49,618 bases of DNA, taken from the IMG/VR virus record IMGVR_UViG_3300045988_183527, one strand, 5' to 3'. Positions 9,826-17,724 of this stretch are shown piece after piece. The stretch is from a virus. How positions within the stretch are numbered: position 1 is the first letter of the stretch; each line of letters starts with the position of its first letter. The translations under genes were made by a program, and so were the position numbers. Below the pieces are notes generated by a model. It had not been told where the DNA came from. It made no database searches and saw only the letters and a program-made list of their open reading frames with translations.

Positions 9826-10848
9826 ATGGCAGTTGATTCTACAGAACGGCGCGTGGTTTATGCCGGTAACGGCAAGACAACCGCCTTTCCTTTTGTCTTT
9901 AAAGTCTTCGCCGACACGGACGTGTCCGTGTCGGTAGGGAAGCCTGATGGTTCTGAGTCCTCGGTTGAACTGAAGGTAAACAGCGACTACACCGTTGTTC
10001 TCAATACCGATCAGAACACTACCCCCGGCGGTACGATTACGGTGAAAGTAGCACCAGCGGAGGGCTACAACCTTGCAGTTGTGTCCGCCGTTCCCTATAC
10101 GCAGCCAATGGTTTTGACACCGCACGGAGGCTTCAATCCGGAGACGCTCAATGACAATTCCGATCTGCAGTGCATTCAGATTCAGCAGATCGTTGAACGA
10201 CTTAACCGGGCGATAACGACCGACCCGACGGACGAACTTACTCCGGGCGAGTTGAAAAACAAACTCCTCGACGCCGCCAACGACGCTACGGTTATCGCTA
10301 AGGGTTACGCGGAAGCCGCCGCCGCGAGCGCGACGGATGCGAAGAAAAGCCGAGACGACATTCTCGAACATCAGCAGGAAGTCATTGCGGCTGTTACTGC
10401 TGAGGGCGACAAGCAGGATCAGCGACTTGTCACCGAGGGCGATACTCAGATCAACCGGATCAAGGCAGAAACAGACAGCACGCTGATTGTGAACGGTAAG
10501 GGCTGCGCCGAAAAGTTTTGGACGCTCTCAGCGGATACACCCGCTGGCACAGATATCGTCATCCCGGCAGGCATCAAGTACCTCGTGAACCGTCACCACC
10601 TCCGCGTCTCCTGGAACGGCCTCGTTCTTGCTATCGGGCAGAACTTCACGGAAGTCGGCGCGGAGGATACGTTCTCCGACGCGTTTCGCCTGACGTTTGA
10701 CGCGAAGGCAGGCGACGAACTGGATATTTGGATCGGTGCGCTTGGCAAGGGTGATGTGTCTCAGGCGATTGCCTTGGCAGGCGAAGCGTCGGCGGCAGTG
10801 GCCGACTTGAGCCGAAAGGTTGTGTACAAGGAGTCTCAATCCCTTTAA
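9826..10848 (+). CDS. Tail fibre protein (particle-proximal part)
   Basis: The N-terminus RRVVYAGNGKTTAFPFVFKVFADTDVSVSV...DYTV is the typical podovirus tail-fibre N-terminal pattern. A coiled-coil-like Ala-rich middle follows, and further fibre genes come next. Confidence 0.65.
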   Translation: MAVDSTERRVVYAGNGKTTAFPFVFKVFADTDVSVSVGKPDGSESSVELKVNSDYTVVLNTDQNTTPGGTITVKVAPAEGYNLAVVSAVPYTQPMVLTPHGGFNPETLNDNSDLQCIQIQQIVERLNRAITTDPTDELTPGELKNKLLDAANDATVIAKGYAEAAAASATDAKKSRDDILEHQQEVIAAVTAEGDKQDQRLVTEGDTQINRIKAETDSTLIVNGKGCAEKFWTLSADTPAGTDIVIPAGIKYLVNRHHLRVSWNGLVLAIGQNFTEVGAEDTFSDAFRLTFDAKAGDELDIWIGALGKGDVSQAIALAGEASAAVADLSRKVVYKESQSL

Positions 10849-10863
10849 AGCAGGGCAAACAAA

Positions 10864-11835
10864 ATGGCAACAAGTCTTGTAAAAACCAAAATCTATTCGC
10901 ACGAGGGGAATGAAAACACGCCCCTCGCCCCCGAAACCCTCGCCGAGCAAGTGCATATTAACGACGTTGACGGCAATGCGTCCACGGTCGAAGCAGAAAT
11001 CGTCGCGCTCCGCAAAGCTGTTGAAGCCGCCGTCTCGAAAGGGCAACACTTTCAGGGCGTAGTGAACTCCACGGCTACGTTGCCTCCATACAACTACAAA
11101 GCCGGTTGGCTTTACTCGGTGCAGGAAGCCGGTACCTACGCGGGCAATGCCTGCGAAGTCGGGGACTTGATTATCTGCATCAAGGACTACGCCTCGGGCA
11201 GTGCTTCAAACTCTGATTGGGCAGTGTTGCAGGCGAACTTGGACGGCGCTGTGACAGGGCCTTCTCAGAGTGTAGCGGCGCATGTCGTGGTCTTCGACGG
11301 CACGTCCGGTAAGCGCATTAAGGATTCCGGTTTTACCATCGGCTGCAGTGTTCCGGCGAATGCAAAGTTCACCGACACGACTTACAACCCCGCAACGGAT
11401 GCCGCCGACGGTCTGTTGACTGCATCCCTGCACAAGAAACTCGTCGGTATCGAAGAAGGCGCGGACAAAACGGATGCTACCAATGTGAAAGCCGCCGGGG
11501 CTTTCATGACGGCCACGAATACTGCCGACGATATTGCCGACGGTACGACGAAAGTCGTCATGACTGCCGCTGAGCGTACCAAGCTCACGGGCATTGCGAC
11601 TGGAGCCGAAGTCAATCAGAACGCTTTTGCAAAGGTGAAAGTCGGCACGACGACGATTACGGCTGCGGCGAAGCAAGATACCCTCGAAATCGAAGCCGGG
11701 GAAGGTGTGACGATTACCGCGTCCGGCAAGAAAGTGACGATCAAGGAAACGTACGTGGATTCGTGCGTCGTCTCGTCGCTTGACAACGTGCCCGCGAATC
11801 TACGGAACGGCGGGCTCGTTATCCTCAAGGGCTGA
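10864..11835 (+). CDS. Tail fibre protein with repeated GLLTAxxxKKLxGIxxGA-type motifs
   Basis: DGLLTASLHKKLVGIEEGADKTD and VVMTAAERTKLTGIATGAEVNQ are two copies of a common phage fibre repeat. The gene lies between other fibre genes. Confidence 0.65.
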   Translation: MATSLVKTKIYSHEGNENTPLAPETLAEQVHINDVDGNASTVEAEIVALRKAVEAAVSKGQHFQGVVNSTATLPPYNYKAGWLYSVQEAGTYAGNACEVGDLIICIKDYASGSASNSDWAVLQANLDGAVTGPSQSVAAHVVVFDGTSGKRIKDSGFTIGCSVPANAKFTDTTYNPATDAADGLLTASLHKKLVGIEEGADKTDATNVKAAGAFMTATNTADDIADGTTKVVMTAAERTKLTGIATGAEVNQNAFAKVKVGTTTITAAAKQDTLEIEAGEGVTITASGKKVTIKETYVDSCVVSSLDNVPANLRNGGLVILKG

Positions 11836-11836
11836 T

Positions 11837-12115
11837 ATGACATACAGTCTATGGACGAAAAACGCGAATGGGTTCGAGCAGGTTGAGATTGGCGGTAGCG
11901 GCTCAACCCAAACGGTGCAGACGGACAAAAGCCGCGACGCGGTGTTGAAGGCCGGGACTGCCTACACCGTGCCCGCACATACAGTTGGCAAAGGCGTTCT
12001 CGTCTATCTCGGCGGGTTGCTCTACACCGACTTCACCGACGTGAGCACCACCACTATTTCTTTTGATGTTGATATTCCGGCAACGATGGAAATCGTCGTT
12101 GTCGTTGAAGCATAG
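11837..12115 (+). CDS. Hypothetical protein in the tail-fibre cluster (93 aa)
   Basis: ATG at 11837 lies 1 nt after the upstream stop. The gene is tightly packed between fibre genes. Confidence 0.55.
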   Translation: MTYSLWTKNANGFEQVEIGGSGSTQTVQTDKSRDAVLKAGTAYTVPAHTVGKGVLVYLGGLLYTDFTDVSTTTISFDVDIPATMEIVVVVEA

Positions 12116-12123
12116 GAGGCGGT

Positions 12124-12918
12124 ATGCCTTTTCCTTACTTTATTCGGAAACTTTTTCAGAACGACGGGGCAGGTGAAAAGCTGAACCCCGGTATCGTGCC
12201 AACGACGGTAAACGGCGTCGCGGCGGATGCGTCGGGGAATATCGCGATTAAGGACACCAATATTCCGAATGGGCCGTTCCTCCCGCTAGCCGGTGGAGAC
12301 ATGCAGGGGTGGTTTTCTATGCGTGCGGGGGACAAAATTTGTGGCGGTAAAGGGAACTCCCCCAATACGACCCGTGCTGGCTTCGGCACTGCCAGTGACG
12401 ATAATTTCTGCTGCGTTGAGATCGCCGGTGGAACAACCGGGGTTTTTTCGGAAAAAGCCGGCGCAGCGTTATACCTCGCGGGGAAGGATCACGGTAAAGA
12501 AACCGACGCTGGACAGATGATAAACGCCGGAACTTTTTTGCTGGAGTCCTGTGATGGAACGACAGTTAGATACCTGCAAGGCTTCCCAGACGGCCGCTTG
12601 ATTTGGGGTGACCAAAATGTGCATTGCGTTGCGTCGTTTAACGATAATGGTGAGCAATGGGCTCGCAAGTACTCTGATGGGTGGATCGAGCAGGGCGGGT
12701 GTCGCTACGTAAATTTTCTTAATAACGTTACAGTTAATCATTTGATCCCCTTTGAGCATAGATGCTGTTACATAAATGCAATGTATCTTTTGCAGCGCAC
12801 GGGCTGCACCCCCCGAGTGCTCTCACCCGGGAATAGCTCCTTTGTGCTCGGGCAAGACCACTGGACAACCGAAGGGATAAACGCGGGTAACGTGACTTGG
12901 TTTGCCTGTGGCTATTAG
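12124..12918 (+). CDS. Distal tail fibre / receptor-binding protein
   Basis: AGGAGG RBS. The FLPLAGGDMQGW motif matches the LPLsGGtMtG fibre signature. The C-terminal ARKYSDGWIEQGG resembles gp53-like fibre tips. The last roughly 250 nt are visibly AT-richer than the genome. Confidence 0.7.
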   Translation: MPFPYFIRKLFQNDGAGEKLNPGIVPTTVNGVAADASGNIAIKDTNIPNGPFLPLAGGDMQGWFSMRAGDKICGGKGNSPNTTRAGFGTASDDNFCCVEIAGGTTGVFSEKAGAALYLAGKDHGKETDAGQMINAGTFLLESCDGTTVRYLQGFPDGRLIWGDQNVHCVASFNDNGEQWARKYSDGWIEQGGCRYVNFLNNVTVNHLIPFEHRCCYINAMYLLQRTGCTPRVLSPGNSSFVLGQDHWTTEGINAGNVTWFACGY

Positions 12919-13023
12919 TAGCCCACCGCATACCAGACAAAGCTACCGGCCGGATTCGAGCTTGAGACGAACACATCCTGCTCCATGGTGAATCCGGTCT
13001 CACCATTTAACTAGGGGACACTA

Positions 13024-13428
13024 ATGATTGGAACTAAATTTACCAAGCCGTTACAGGCGAATAAAATCACCCGCTACGAGGGGATGAAGGAGATCAAGGA
13101 GGACAACCCTGCCCCCAACACCTACGCCAAGTACGCCGAAGCCGCGGCATGGTGCAACGCCAACAACGCGATGATCGAGGACAAGGGCGACTACTGTGAG
13201 GTGGTGGCGATACCCGCTCCTACAACCGAAGAACTCGCGGCTCAAGCCCGGTCTCAGCGCGACGCGCTCATCGCGGCGACGGACTACCTGATGGCGACGG
13301 ACTACCCGCTCACTGACGAGAAACGGCATGAGCTCACTGTCTACCGTCAAGCGTTGCGAGACGTTCCGGAGCAATCGGGTTTCCCGACGGAGATCGTTTG
13401 GCCGACAAAACCCACGTGGGTGAAGTAA
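13024..13428 (+). CDS. Tail fibre assembly chaperone (Tfa)
   Basis: The C-terminal RDALIAATDYLMATDYPLTDEKRHELTVYRQALRDVPEQSGFPTEIVWPTKP is the classical tail-assembly-chaperone signature. It lies directly after the receptor-binding gene. Confidence 0.85.
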   Translation: MIGTKFTKPLQANKITRYEGMKEIKEDNPAPNTYAKYAEAAAWCNANNAMIEDKGDYCEVVAIPAPTTEELAAQARSQRDALIAATDYLMATDYPLTDEKRHELTVYRQALRDVPEQSGFPTEIVWPTKPTWVK

Positions 13429-13445
13429 CTTCAGACGGCGACAAC

Positions 13446-13470
13446 AAACCCCGGCTCGACCGGGGTTTTT
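13446..13470 (+). terminator. Rho-independent terminator ending the long rightward operon
   Basis: AAACCCCGG-CTCGA-CCGGGGTTT followed by a T run. It starts 18 nt after the Tfa stop. Confidence 0.75.
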
Positions 13471-13488
13471 CGTGCGCGTACAGACCGC

Positions 13489-13674
13489 CTATTCTTTGCA
13501 GACTGCCTTCATGGTGGCGATGGCGCACCACGCTTTTTCAAGCACGCGAACGTCCTCACCGCTTAAGCCGCCACTGTCGCGGGCTTCATCGCACACCTTG
13601 TCGATTTTTTCGAGCAGGCAGTGCATGGATTGCTCCGCGCGGGCCTTCATAAGTTCCTTCGTTTCCATAATCAT
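13489..13674 (-). CDS. Hypothetical protein (61 aa), last gene of the Com-associated cassette
   Basis: ATGA start/stop overlap with the upstream gene. No recognisable motif. Confidence 0.55.
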   Translation of the reverse strand: MIMETKELMKARAEQSMHCLLEKIDKVCDEARDSGGLSGEDVRVLEKAWCAIATMKAVCKE

Positions 13675-14006
13675 TCTCCATGCCGGTTCATGATTTCCTT
13701 CAGCGCATCCAGGTCGCCTCGATCAGGCTTGTACGGCCCGATGGCGAACGGGTGCGCTTCAAGGTTCTTTGCGGCTTCGCCGTACAGTAAGTCCACGTCG
13801 ATTCGGTTTTGCTCATCCACCGCTCCCAAAGACTTAAGCATCGGCAGATAAGGTTCGATCATCGCCGGGGCCCGCTGTGCGACGAGCCCCGAGACGATGC
13901 CGACGGTGAAGGGCAGAGAGCCGCCCTGCTTTTCTGCGGCAGGAATGAGGACTTGCTGAGCAAATTCCACAACCACCGCAGGCAAGTTTCCAATCGGCAT
14001 TCTCAT
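13671..14006 (-). CDS. Hypothetical protein (111 aa), Com-associated cassette
   Basis: Starts 4 nt after the stop of the 212-aa gene. No recognisable motif. Confidence 0.6.
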   Translation of the reverse strand: MRMPIGNLPAVVVEFAQQVLIPAAEKQGGSLPFTVGIVSGLVAQRAPAMIEPYLPMLKSLGAVDEQNRIDVDLLYGEAAKNLEAHPFAIGPYKPDRGDLDALKEIMNRHGE

Positions 14007-14009
14007 GGC

Positions 14010-14648
14010 TTAACCCCGGTTGACGTTGATGCTGCCAGTCACCGGCTGAACCGCCGGAGCCGCGGCTGTGGGCGCAACCCACGAGTTGTAGCGTTCCATC
14101 ACTTCAGGGCAGATCGCTGTGCGCGGGATAACCGTGTGGGTGATCTGGTTCAACGTGTTGTTGATACCGGCGACAGCGTTGTTGAGCTGGGCAATACCAC
14201 AGCCGCACGTCTGCGCAACGGAATCAATTCGCGCACCAAGTTCGGAACGCACCAACTTTTCGCGGAGATCAGCAATTTCGCCGTTCTTGGCCTGCTGGGC
14301 TTCGAGCACCGCAACACGTTCGCGGTTGCTCGCGGCTTCCTGAGAGAGCGGCGTGATGAAAGCCATCAAACGATTTTCGAGTTTCTCGTTTTCAGAGCGC
14401 GTCGCCTGATAAAGCGTCGCGTCCCGATTGTCCGAGTACTTCTGCGAAGTGAGCTCGGCGATCTTGGCGTCCTTTTCAGCAATGACGCCCATCGCGGCCA
14501 TCTGCGGGGCGCAGTTGTTTCCACCAAAAAGGCCGCCGAGGATTCCACCGTTGCCGTTATTGGCAGAGCCAAGAAAGCCGAGGGAGCCCAAGACAAGGGC
14601 AGGGATGCCTACACCATTAGCGAGGCCTTTAGAAGCAAATTCAGCCAT
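14010..14648 (-). CDS. Membrane-anchored Gly-rich/coiled-coil protein (212 aa) of unknown function
   Basis: N-terminal hydrophobic segment GIPALVLGSLGFLGS, then NGNGGILGGLFGGNNC, a long heptad-like region and a Cys-containing C-terminus. Its SD and AUG lie inside a perfect hairpin (14645..14669). Confidence 0.7.
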   Translation of the reverse strand: MAEFASKGLANGVGIPALVLGSLGFLGSANNGNGGILGGLFGGNNCAPQMAAMGVIAEKDAKIAELTSQKYSDNRDATLYQATRSENEKLENRLMAFITPLSQEAASNRERVAVLEAQQAKNGEIADLREKLVRSELGARIDSVAQTCGCGIAQLNNAVAGINNTLNQITHTVIPRTAICPEVMERYNSWVAPTAAAPAVQPVTGSINVNRG

Positions 14649-14669
14649 AGCAAACTCCTTTTGCTATGG
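14645..14669 (-). promoter_or_regulatory. Translation-inhibitory hairpin: CCAUAGCAAA-AGGAG-UUUGCUAUGG (SD in the loop, AUG in the 3' arm)
   Basis: A perfect 10-bp stem read on the minus strand. The loop is exactly AGGAG. The AUG (14648..14646) of the 212-aa gene is base-paired. A small GAAC-CUCGA-GUUC hairpin sits immediately upstream. Confidence 0.7.
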
Positions 14670-14680
14670 AACTCGAGGTT

Positions 14681-14842
14681 CTATTTGGCGCTCGGTTGGC
14701 GCTGGCTAGTAGGCTCAGAGGCCTTGCGATCGATGGCGACCGAAGCTTTACACCTCGGGCACTTTGCTACGATCTTGCCCCGAAGATCGGGGCTTATGTC
14801 AAAGAGACGTTTCCCGCAATGCGGGCAGAGCACTTGTTCCAT
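14681..14842 (-). CDS. com: Mu Com-like zinc-finger protein (53 aa; below the 60-aa cut-off of the ORF track)
   Basis: Minus-strand translation gives MEQVLCPHCGKRLFDISPDLRGKIVAKCPRCKASVAIDRKASEPTSQRQPSAK. The CPHCGK...KCPRCK spacing matches the Com translational-activator family. AGGAAGG lies 7 nt upstream of the ATG. Confidence 0.7.
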   Translation of the reverse strand: MEQVLCPHCGKRLFDISPDLRGKIVAKCPRCKASVAIDRKASEPTSQRQPSAK

Positions 14843-14884
14843 GATTTGCCCTTCCTAAAACTCTGTGCAGGAAGGACTTTAAAT

Positions 14885-16045
14885 TCAGGGCTCTTCTTCA
14901 TTCGTCAGGGCATCCGCCCAACGCTGCATGAGCGCCCGTCGTTGCTCGAGAAGATCGGCTCTGTAGTAGGCCACCGTGGTGTTCGTTCCCCACCGATGCC
15001 CGAGGGACTTTTCTGCCTCCGCGTCGGGCTCGTGGTTTAAGGCGCACCAGTCACGGAAGGTGGAACGAATCCCGTGGGTCGTTATCTGCGGCGGCTCATC
15101 CTCATCCTCGTTTTCCTCCCCCTCAGACTTAGCCGGGGCGAGGCGGGGGCATATTTCCTGCAGATTATCCAAGACAGACTTTTTATCTACGTGCCTGCCC
15201 GCGCCTTTTCCTTCGAAGACAAAAGCTCCTTGCGAAGCCATGGCAAGCGCTTCTTCAGCAAGAGACGACAAAGGAATGCGAAGGGTGTCGTTCGTCTTTC
15301 GGTGCTTGTCCGGGCAAGTCCAAACCCCCGGCTGCAGCTCGCCTGGCTCCGCCTTACAAGCTTCGTCAACACGGCAGACCGTGGCTATGACAAAGAGCAG
15401 GCAAGCCCGAACTTTGGAAGGGTGCGCTCGGATGAAACGAACGGCGTGGCGAAGTTCGGCCATGGTTGGGGTGACAAAGTGCTCCGTTTTGTGCACCTTC
15501 CCCAGGGCGGGGAGTTTGGTGCTGAGCTTGCCTTTCCAAACGGCAGGATTTGGATCGTCGCGGTAGCCATTGTTGATGGCCCAATCAAACAGCGCCTCAA
15601 GCCTGACGCGGATAACAGAAGCGGTCGGGGGAATGGATACCCACAATGGCTCCAATAGGCTAAAGATATCTTGCCGCGTAATCGTATCGATAGGCATAGC
15701 GCCGATCACCGGGGCAACGTGGGTAAGCATGGTGCTGCGCCAGTGCTTGTACTGCGCTTCCGTTTTCCAACGACGCAACTTGCGTACCCCTTCCAAGCCT
15801 ATTGGAAGAAATTCGGCGAACGTCGGCTTCGGCGCCGCTTCTTTGGTTTTCTCCTCTGGCTTGCTGGTAAGGCAGACGGCAACGGCGTGCTTTGCGTCTC
15901 GCAATCCTATGGAATCCACGGTACCGAGGCTGCGCTCGATGCGCTTCCCGGCAATGGTTCCGCGGAACACGTAATACTCGTTGCCGTTCTCCCGCGCGTA
16001 AATGTATAGATGATCTGCGACTTTAACTTTGGTTATCTTTGACAC
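14885..16045 (-). CDS. int: Tyrosine integrase (P4-type)
   Basis: 386 aa. The N-terminal YIYARENGNEYYVFRGTIAGKRIERSLG arm-binding-type domain is present. The C-terminus carries HGIRSTFRDW...LGH...VAYY catalytic residues. GTG start with GGGGGA upstream. Confidence 0.92.
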   Translation of the reverse strand: MSKITKVKVADHLYIYARENGNEYYVFRGTIAGKRIERSLGTVDSIGLRDAKHAVAVCLTSKPEEKTKEAAPKPTFAEFLPIGLEGVRKLRRWKTEAQYKHWRSTMLTHVAPVIGAMPIDTITRQDIFSLLEPLWVSIPPTASVIRVRLEALFDWAINNGYRDDPNPAVWKGKLSTKLPALGKVHKTEHFVTPTMAELRHAVRFIRAHPSKVRACLLFVIATVCRVDEACKAEPGELQPGVWTCPDKHRKTNDTLRIPLSSLAEEALAMASQGAFVFEGKGAGRHVDKKSVLDNLQEICPRLAPAKSEGEENEDEDEPPQITTHGIRSTFRDWCALNHEPDAEAEKSLGHRWGTNTTVAYYRADLLEQRRALMQRWADALTNEEEP

Positions 16046-16046
16046 T

Positions 16047-16089
16047 TTGTTCCCCCGATTGTTCCCCGATTTGCGGCGTTGTTCCCCGC
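16047..16089 (+). repeat. Three direct copies of TTGTTCCCC(C)G(A/C): candidate Int arm-type sites (attP left cluster)
   Basis: Copies at 16047, 16059 and 16079. Copy 1 overlaps the SD of int. Confidence 0.5.
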
Positions 16090-16168
16090 AAAAAGGCGTA
16101 GTCGGGCGAAGTCTAGCGAATAAACGCGTAGAAAGGCAAAGACTACTAACGTAATAAAATCAACGAGT

Positions 16169-16195
16169 AAAAAGAAAAGCCCGTGGATACGGGCT
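16169..16195 (-). terminator. Rho-independent terminator of the leftward (replication-lysis) operon
   Basis: On the minus strand AGCCCGU-AUCC-ACGGGCU is followed by UUUUCUUUUU. It lies about 95 nt downstream of the spanin stop. Confidence 0.75.
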
Positions 16196-16263
16196 TAGCA
16201 GGAAATTCTATTCCTCTTTGTAGAAAAAACGAGTGAACATAGCAATTGCAGGACTTAGCAGGT

Positions 16264-16286
16264 TTGTTCCCCGATTTGTTCCCCGA
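16264..16286 (+). repeat. Two more direct copies of TTGTTCCCCGA (attP right cluster)
   Basis: Copies at 16264 and 16276, in the same orientation as the 16047..16089 copies. CTTAGCAGG is also repeated at 16194 and 16254. Confidence 0.5.
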
Positions 16287-16288
16287 AA

Positions 16289-16714
16289 TTATTTTAGGAT
16301 TTCGGCGAGGGCGTCGTGGTTGGCTGCGCTCCGTTGATAGTGTCGGCCGCATTCCGAACCAGCGTCAACCAGTCGTTGAACCAGCTTTTCCAGCTCGGTA
16401 ACTCGGGCGTTAAGAGCGTCTGCGGAATTTCCTTCGGCGCTTCGGCGACGGTTCGCGTCGCGCAACCGGGCGCGATAGCTATCAAGATCGCCGCGCAGAG
16501 CGTCGTACTCAGACGACGCCAATAAGATAGTGTCCGTCGCTTTTGCAAGTCCTGCGGCATGGCTTTCCTGCGCCTCCTTCAGCGCGATGGCTTGCGCCCT
16601 TTCCATCTCGGCAATTTGCTTCTCGTACTTCAACTCCGCCGCGTGGTAGCCGAGGTAGGCGCAGATTAGAAGCAGGCACACACCTGCGGCAGTGGTTATA
16701 AAGCCTTTGTTCAC
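16289..16714 (-). CDS. Rz: i-spanin (Rz-like)
   Basis: N-terminal TM (ITTAAGVCLLLICAYLGYH), a coiled-coil periplasmic domain, and last position in the lysis cassette. It contains an embedded +1-frame lipoprotein ORF. Confidence 0.75.
   Translation of the reverse strand: MNKGFITTAAGVCLLLICAYLGYHAAELKYEKQIAEMERAQAIALKEAQESHAAGLAKATDTILLASSEYDALRGDLDSYRARLRDANRRRSAEGNSADALNARVTELEKLVQRLVDAGSECGRHYQRSAANHDALAEILK
16294..16560 (-). CDS. Rz1: o-spanin (Rz1-like), fully embedded in the i-spanin gene
   Basis: Basic n-region KRRTLSYWRR, hydrophobic core and AILIAIAPGC (non-canonical lipobox). The mature part is short and Pro-rich (PKEIPQTLLTPELPSW...). Confidence 0.55.
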   Translation of the reverse strand: MPQDLQKRRTLSYWRRLSTTLCAAILIAIAPGCATRTVAEAPKEIPQTLLTPELPSWKSWFNDWLTLVRNAADTINGAQPTTTPSPKS

Positions 16715-16938
16715 TTCTTCGCCTTCTTCACTCGGCGGCCTTGGCGGTAGTCATAGGCTTCCTTCAGCATCCACGCGAAGCAACGCTGGTCTTCCTCGTT
16801 CAACTTCAGCGGGGCTTCGGCTTCATCCTCGCCATTGCTGATGCGCACGTCGATGTAAATCTTGCCGCGGACGCGGCGCATGCGGAGATCGATACCCTTG
16901 CCGGTGAAACCTTCTTCGGATAAATACTTCTTGCTCAT
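16711..16938 (-). CDS. Hypothetical protein (75 aa) between endolysin and spanins
   Basis: 4-nt overlaps at both ends. The protein is charged and soluble, with no motif. Confidence 0.6.
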   Translation of the reverse strand: MSKKYLSEEGFTGKGIDLRMRRVRGKIYIDVRISNGEDEAEAPLKLNEEDQRCFAWMLKEAYDYRQGRRVKKAKK

Positions 16939-17309
16939 TTCTTTGTCCTCTTATCAAAACGCGCGGCGTAACCGCGGCGGTCTACGTGAACGAACGTGTC
17001 ATAGATTCCCACGCCGCCCGTCACGTTCAAACGGCGGCAGAGTTCCCACAGCGTGGGTAAATCTTTCTGATCCTCCGGCCGGATATCAGCGGCCAGCCCT
17101 TGGGTGTGGTAGGAATTGGGAACGCCGCCCACGTGTGCGTTCCGCGACGGACTGCGATAGCCGGACGTCACGATGAGGGGCTTACCGAAAAGGAGACGCA
17201 CACGGTTTAAAAAATCCACGAGTTCTTGGCGCACGTTCATCGGGCCCCAAGGGGAGGGGGCGCCGTCGTGGGAAGCAAACTCTTTGCTGTCGAAGAAGCC
17301 GTCTTTCAT
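16935..17309 (-). CDS. Endolysin, peptidase M15 (VanY/L-Ala-D-Glu peptidase-like)
   Basis: SGYRSPSRNAHVGGVPNSYHTQGLAADI...FVHVD supplies the H-x6-D...H zinc ligands. The start was chosen at the internal ATG 17309, which forms an ATGA overlap with the holin stop and has GGAAGG upstream. Confidence 0.85.
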   Translation of the reverse strand: MKDGFFDSKEFASHDGAPSPWGPMNVRQELVDFLNRVRLLFGKPLIVTSGYRSPSRNAHVGGVPNSYHTQGLAADIRPEDQKDLPTLWELCRRLNVTGGVGIYDTFVHVDRRGYAARFDKRTKK

Positions 17310-17602
17310 CCTTCCACCCCCGTGCGCTTGCGCAACAGGGCGAAGGCAAAGCTCACGCCTTCCTTCCCGGCAAAGCCGCCGAGGCCGGAAAGCGCGCCGT
17401 AAAGCTTCACGTCCAAACCGTAGGATTCGCCCGCAAGGGCAATGAGAAAGCCGATGAAGCCCGACAAGGCCACGGCCCAAAAGAACTCCCAACCCGAGAA
17501 GGGCTTGCCTTTCTCCCGCGAGTTGAGATACATGAGTGCTTGTGCCATAGCTGCTACCCCCGTACAAAAGAGGTAAGGAAAGAAACCGTGCTGATTGTCC
17601 AT
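17306..17602 (-). CDS. Holin
   Basis: 98 aa with three hydrophobic segments and a charged C-terminus (LLRKRTGVEG). It lies immediately upstream of, and overlapping, the endolysin. Confidence 0.7.
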   Translation of the reverse strand: MDNQHGFFPYLFCTGVAAMAQALMYLNSREKGKPFSGWEFFWAVALSGFIGFLIALAGESYGLDVKLYGALSGLGGFAGKEGVSFAFALLRKRTGVEG

Positions 17603-17649
17603 GGTGCGTCCTTTATCTGTACGTCCATTGTGTGGTACAAATCAGCCGT

Positions 17650-17668
17650 CTTTCGTCACTGACGAAAG
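17650..17668 (-). promoter_or_regulatory. 9-bp perfect inverted repeat CTTTCGTCA-C-TGACGAAAG upstream of the holin gene
   Basis: Read directly in the 165-bp gap between the AlpA-like gene and the holin gene. Confidence 0.35.
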
Positions 17669-17724
17669 GACTTCGCGGAATCAGCTATGCTTCCGCGCAG
17701 AGTACCTCGAGTACCATGCCCTTC

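Noticed and set aside
9826-12918. Possible BPP-1-style diversity-generating retroelement targeting the tail fibre, considered because the capsid module looks BPP-1-like.
   Set aside because: No reverse transcriptase gene exists anywhere in the genome. I also saw no template/variable repeat pair near the fibre C-termini.
14010-14648. Interpreting the Com-controlled 212-aa gene as a Mom-like DNA modification enzyme.
   Set aside because: The protein has an N-terminal membrane anchor, a Gly-rich segment and a coiled coil, and no acyltransferase-like features. Only the regulatory logic resembles com/mom.
16146-16352. 68-aa minus-strand ORF across the putative attP region.
   Set aside because: It spans the terminator hairpin and the TTGTTCCCCGA repeats and overlaps the spanin genes' 3' ends. 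There is no RBS.
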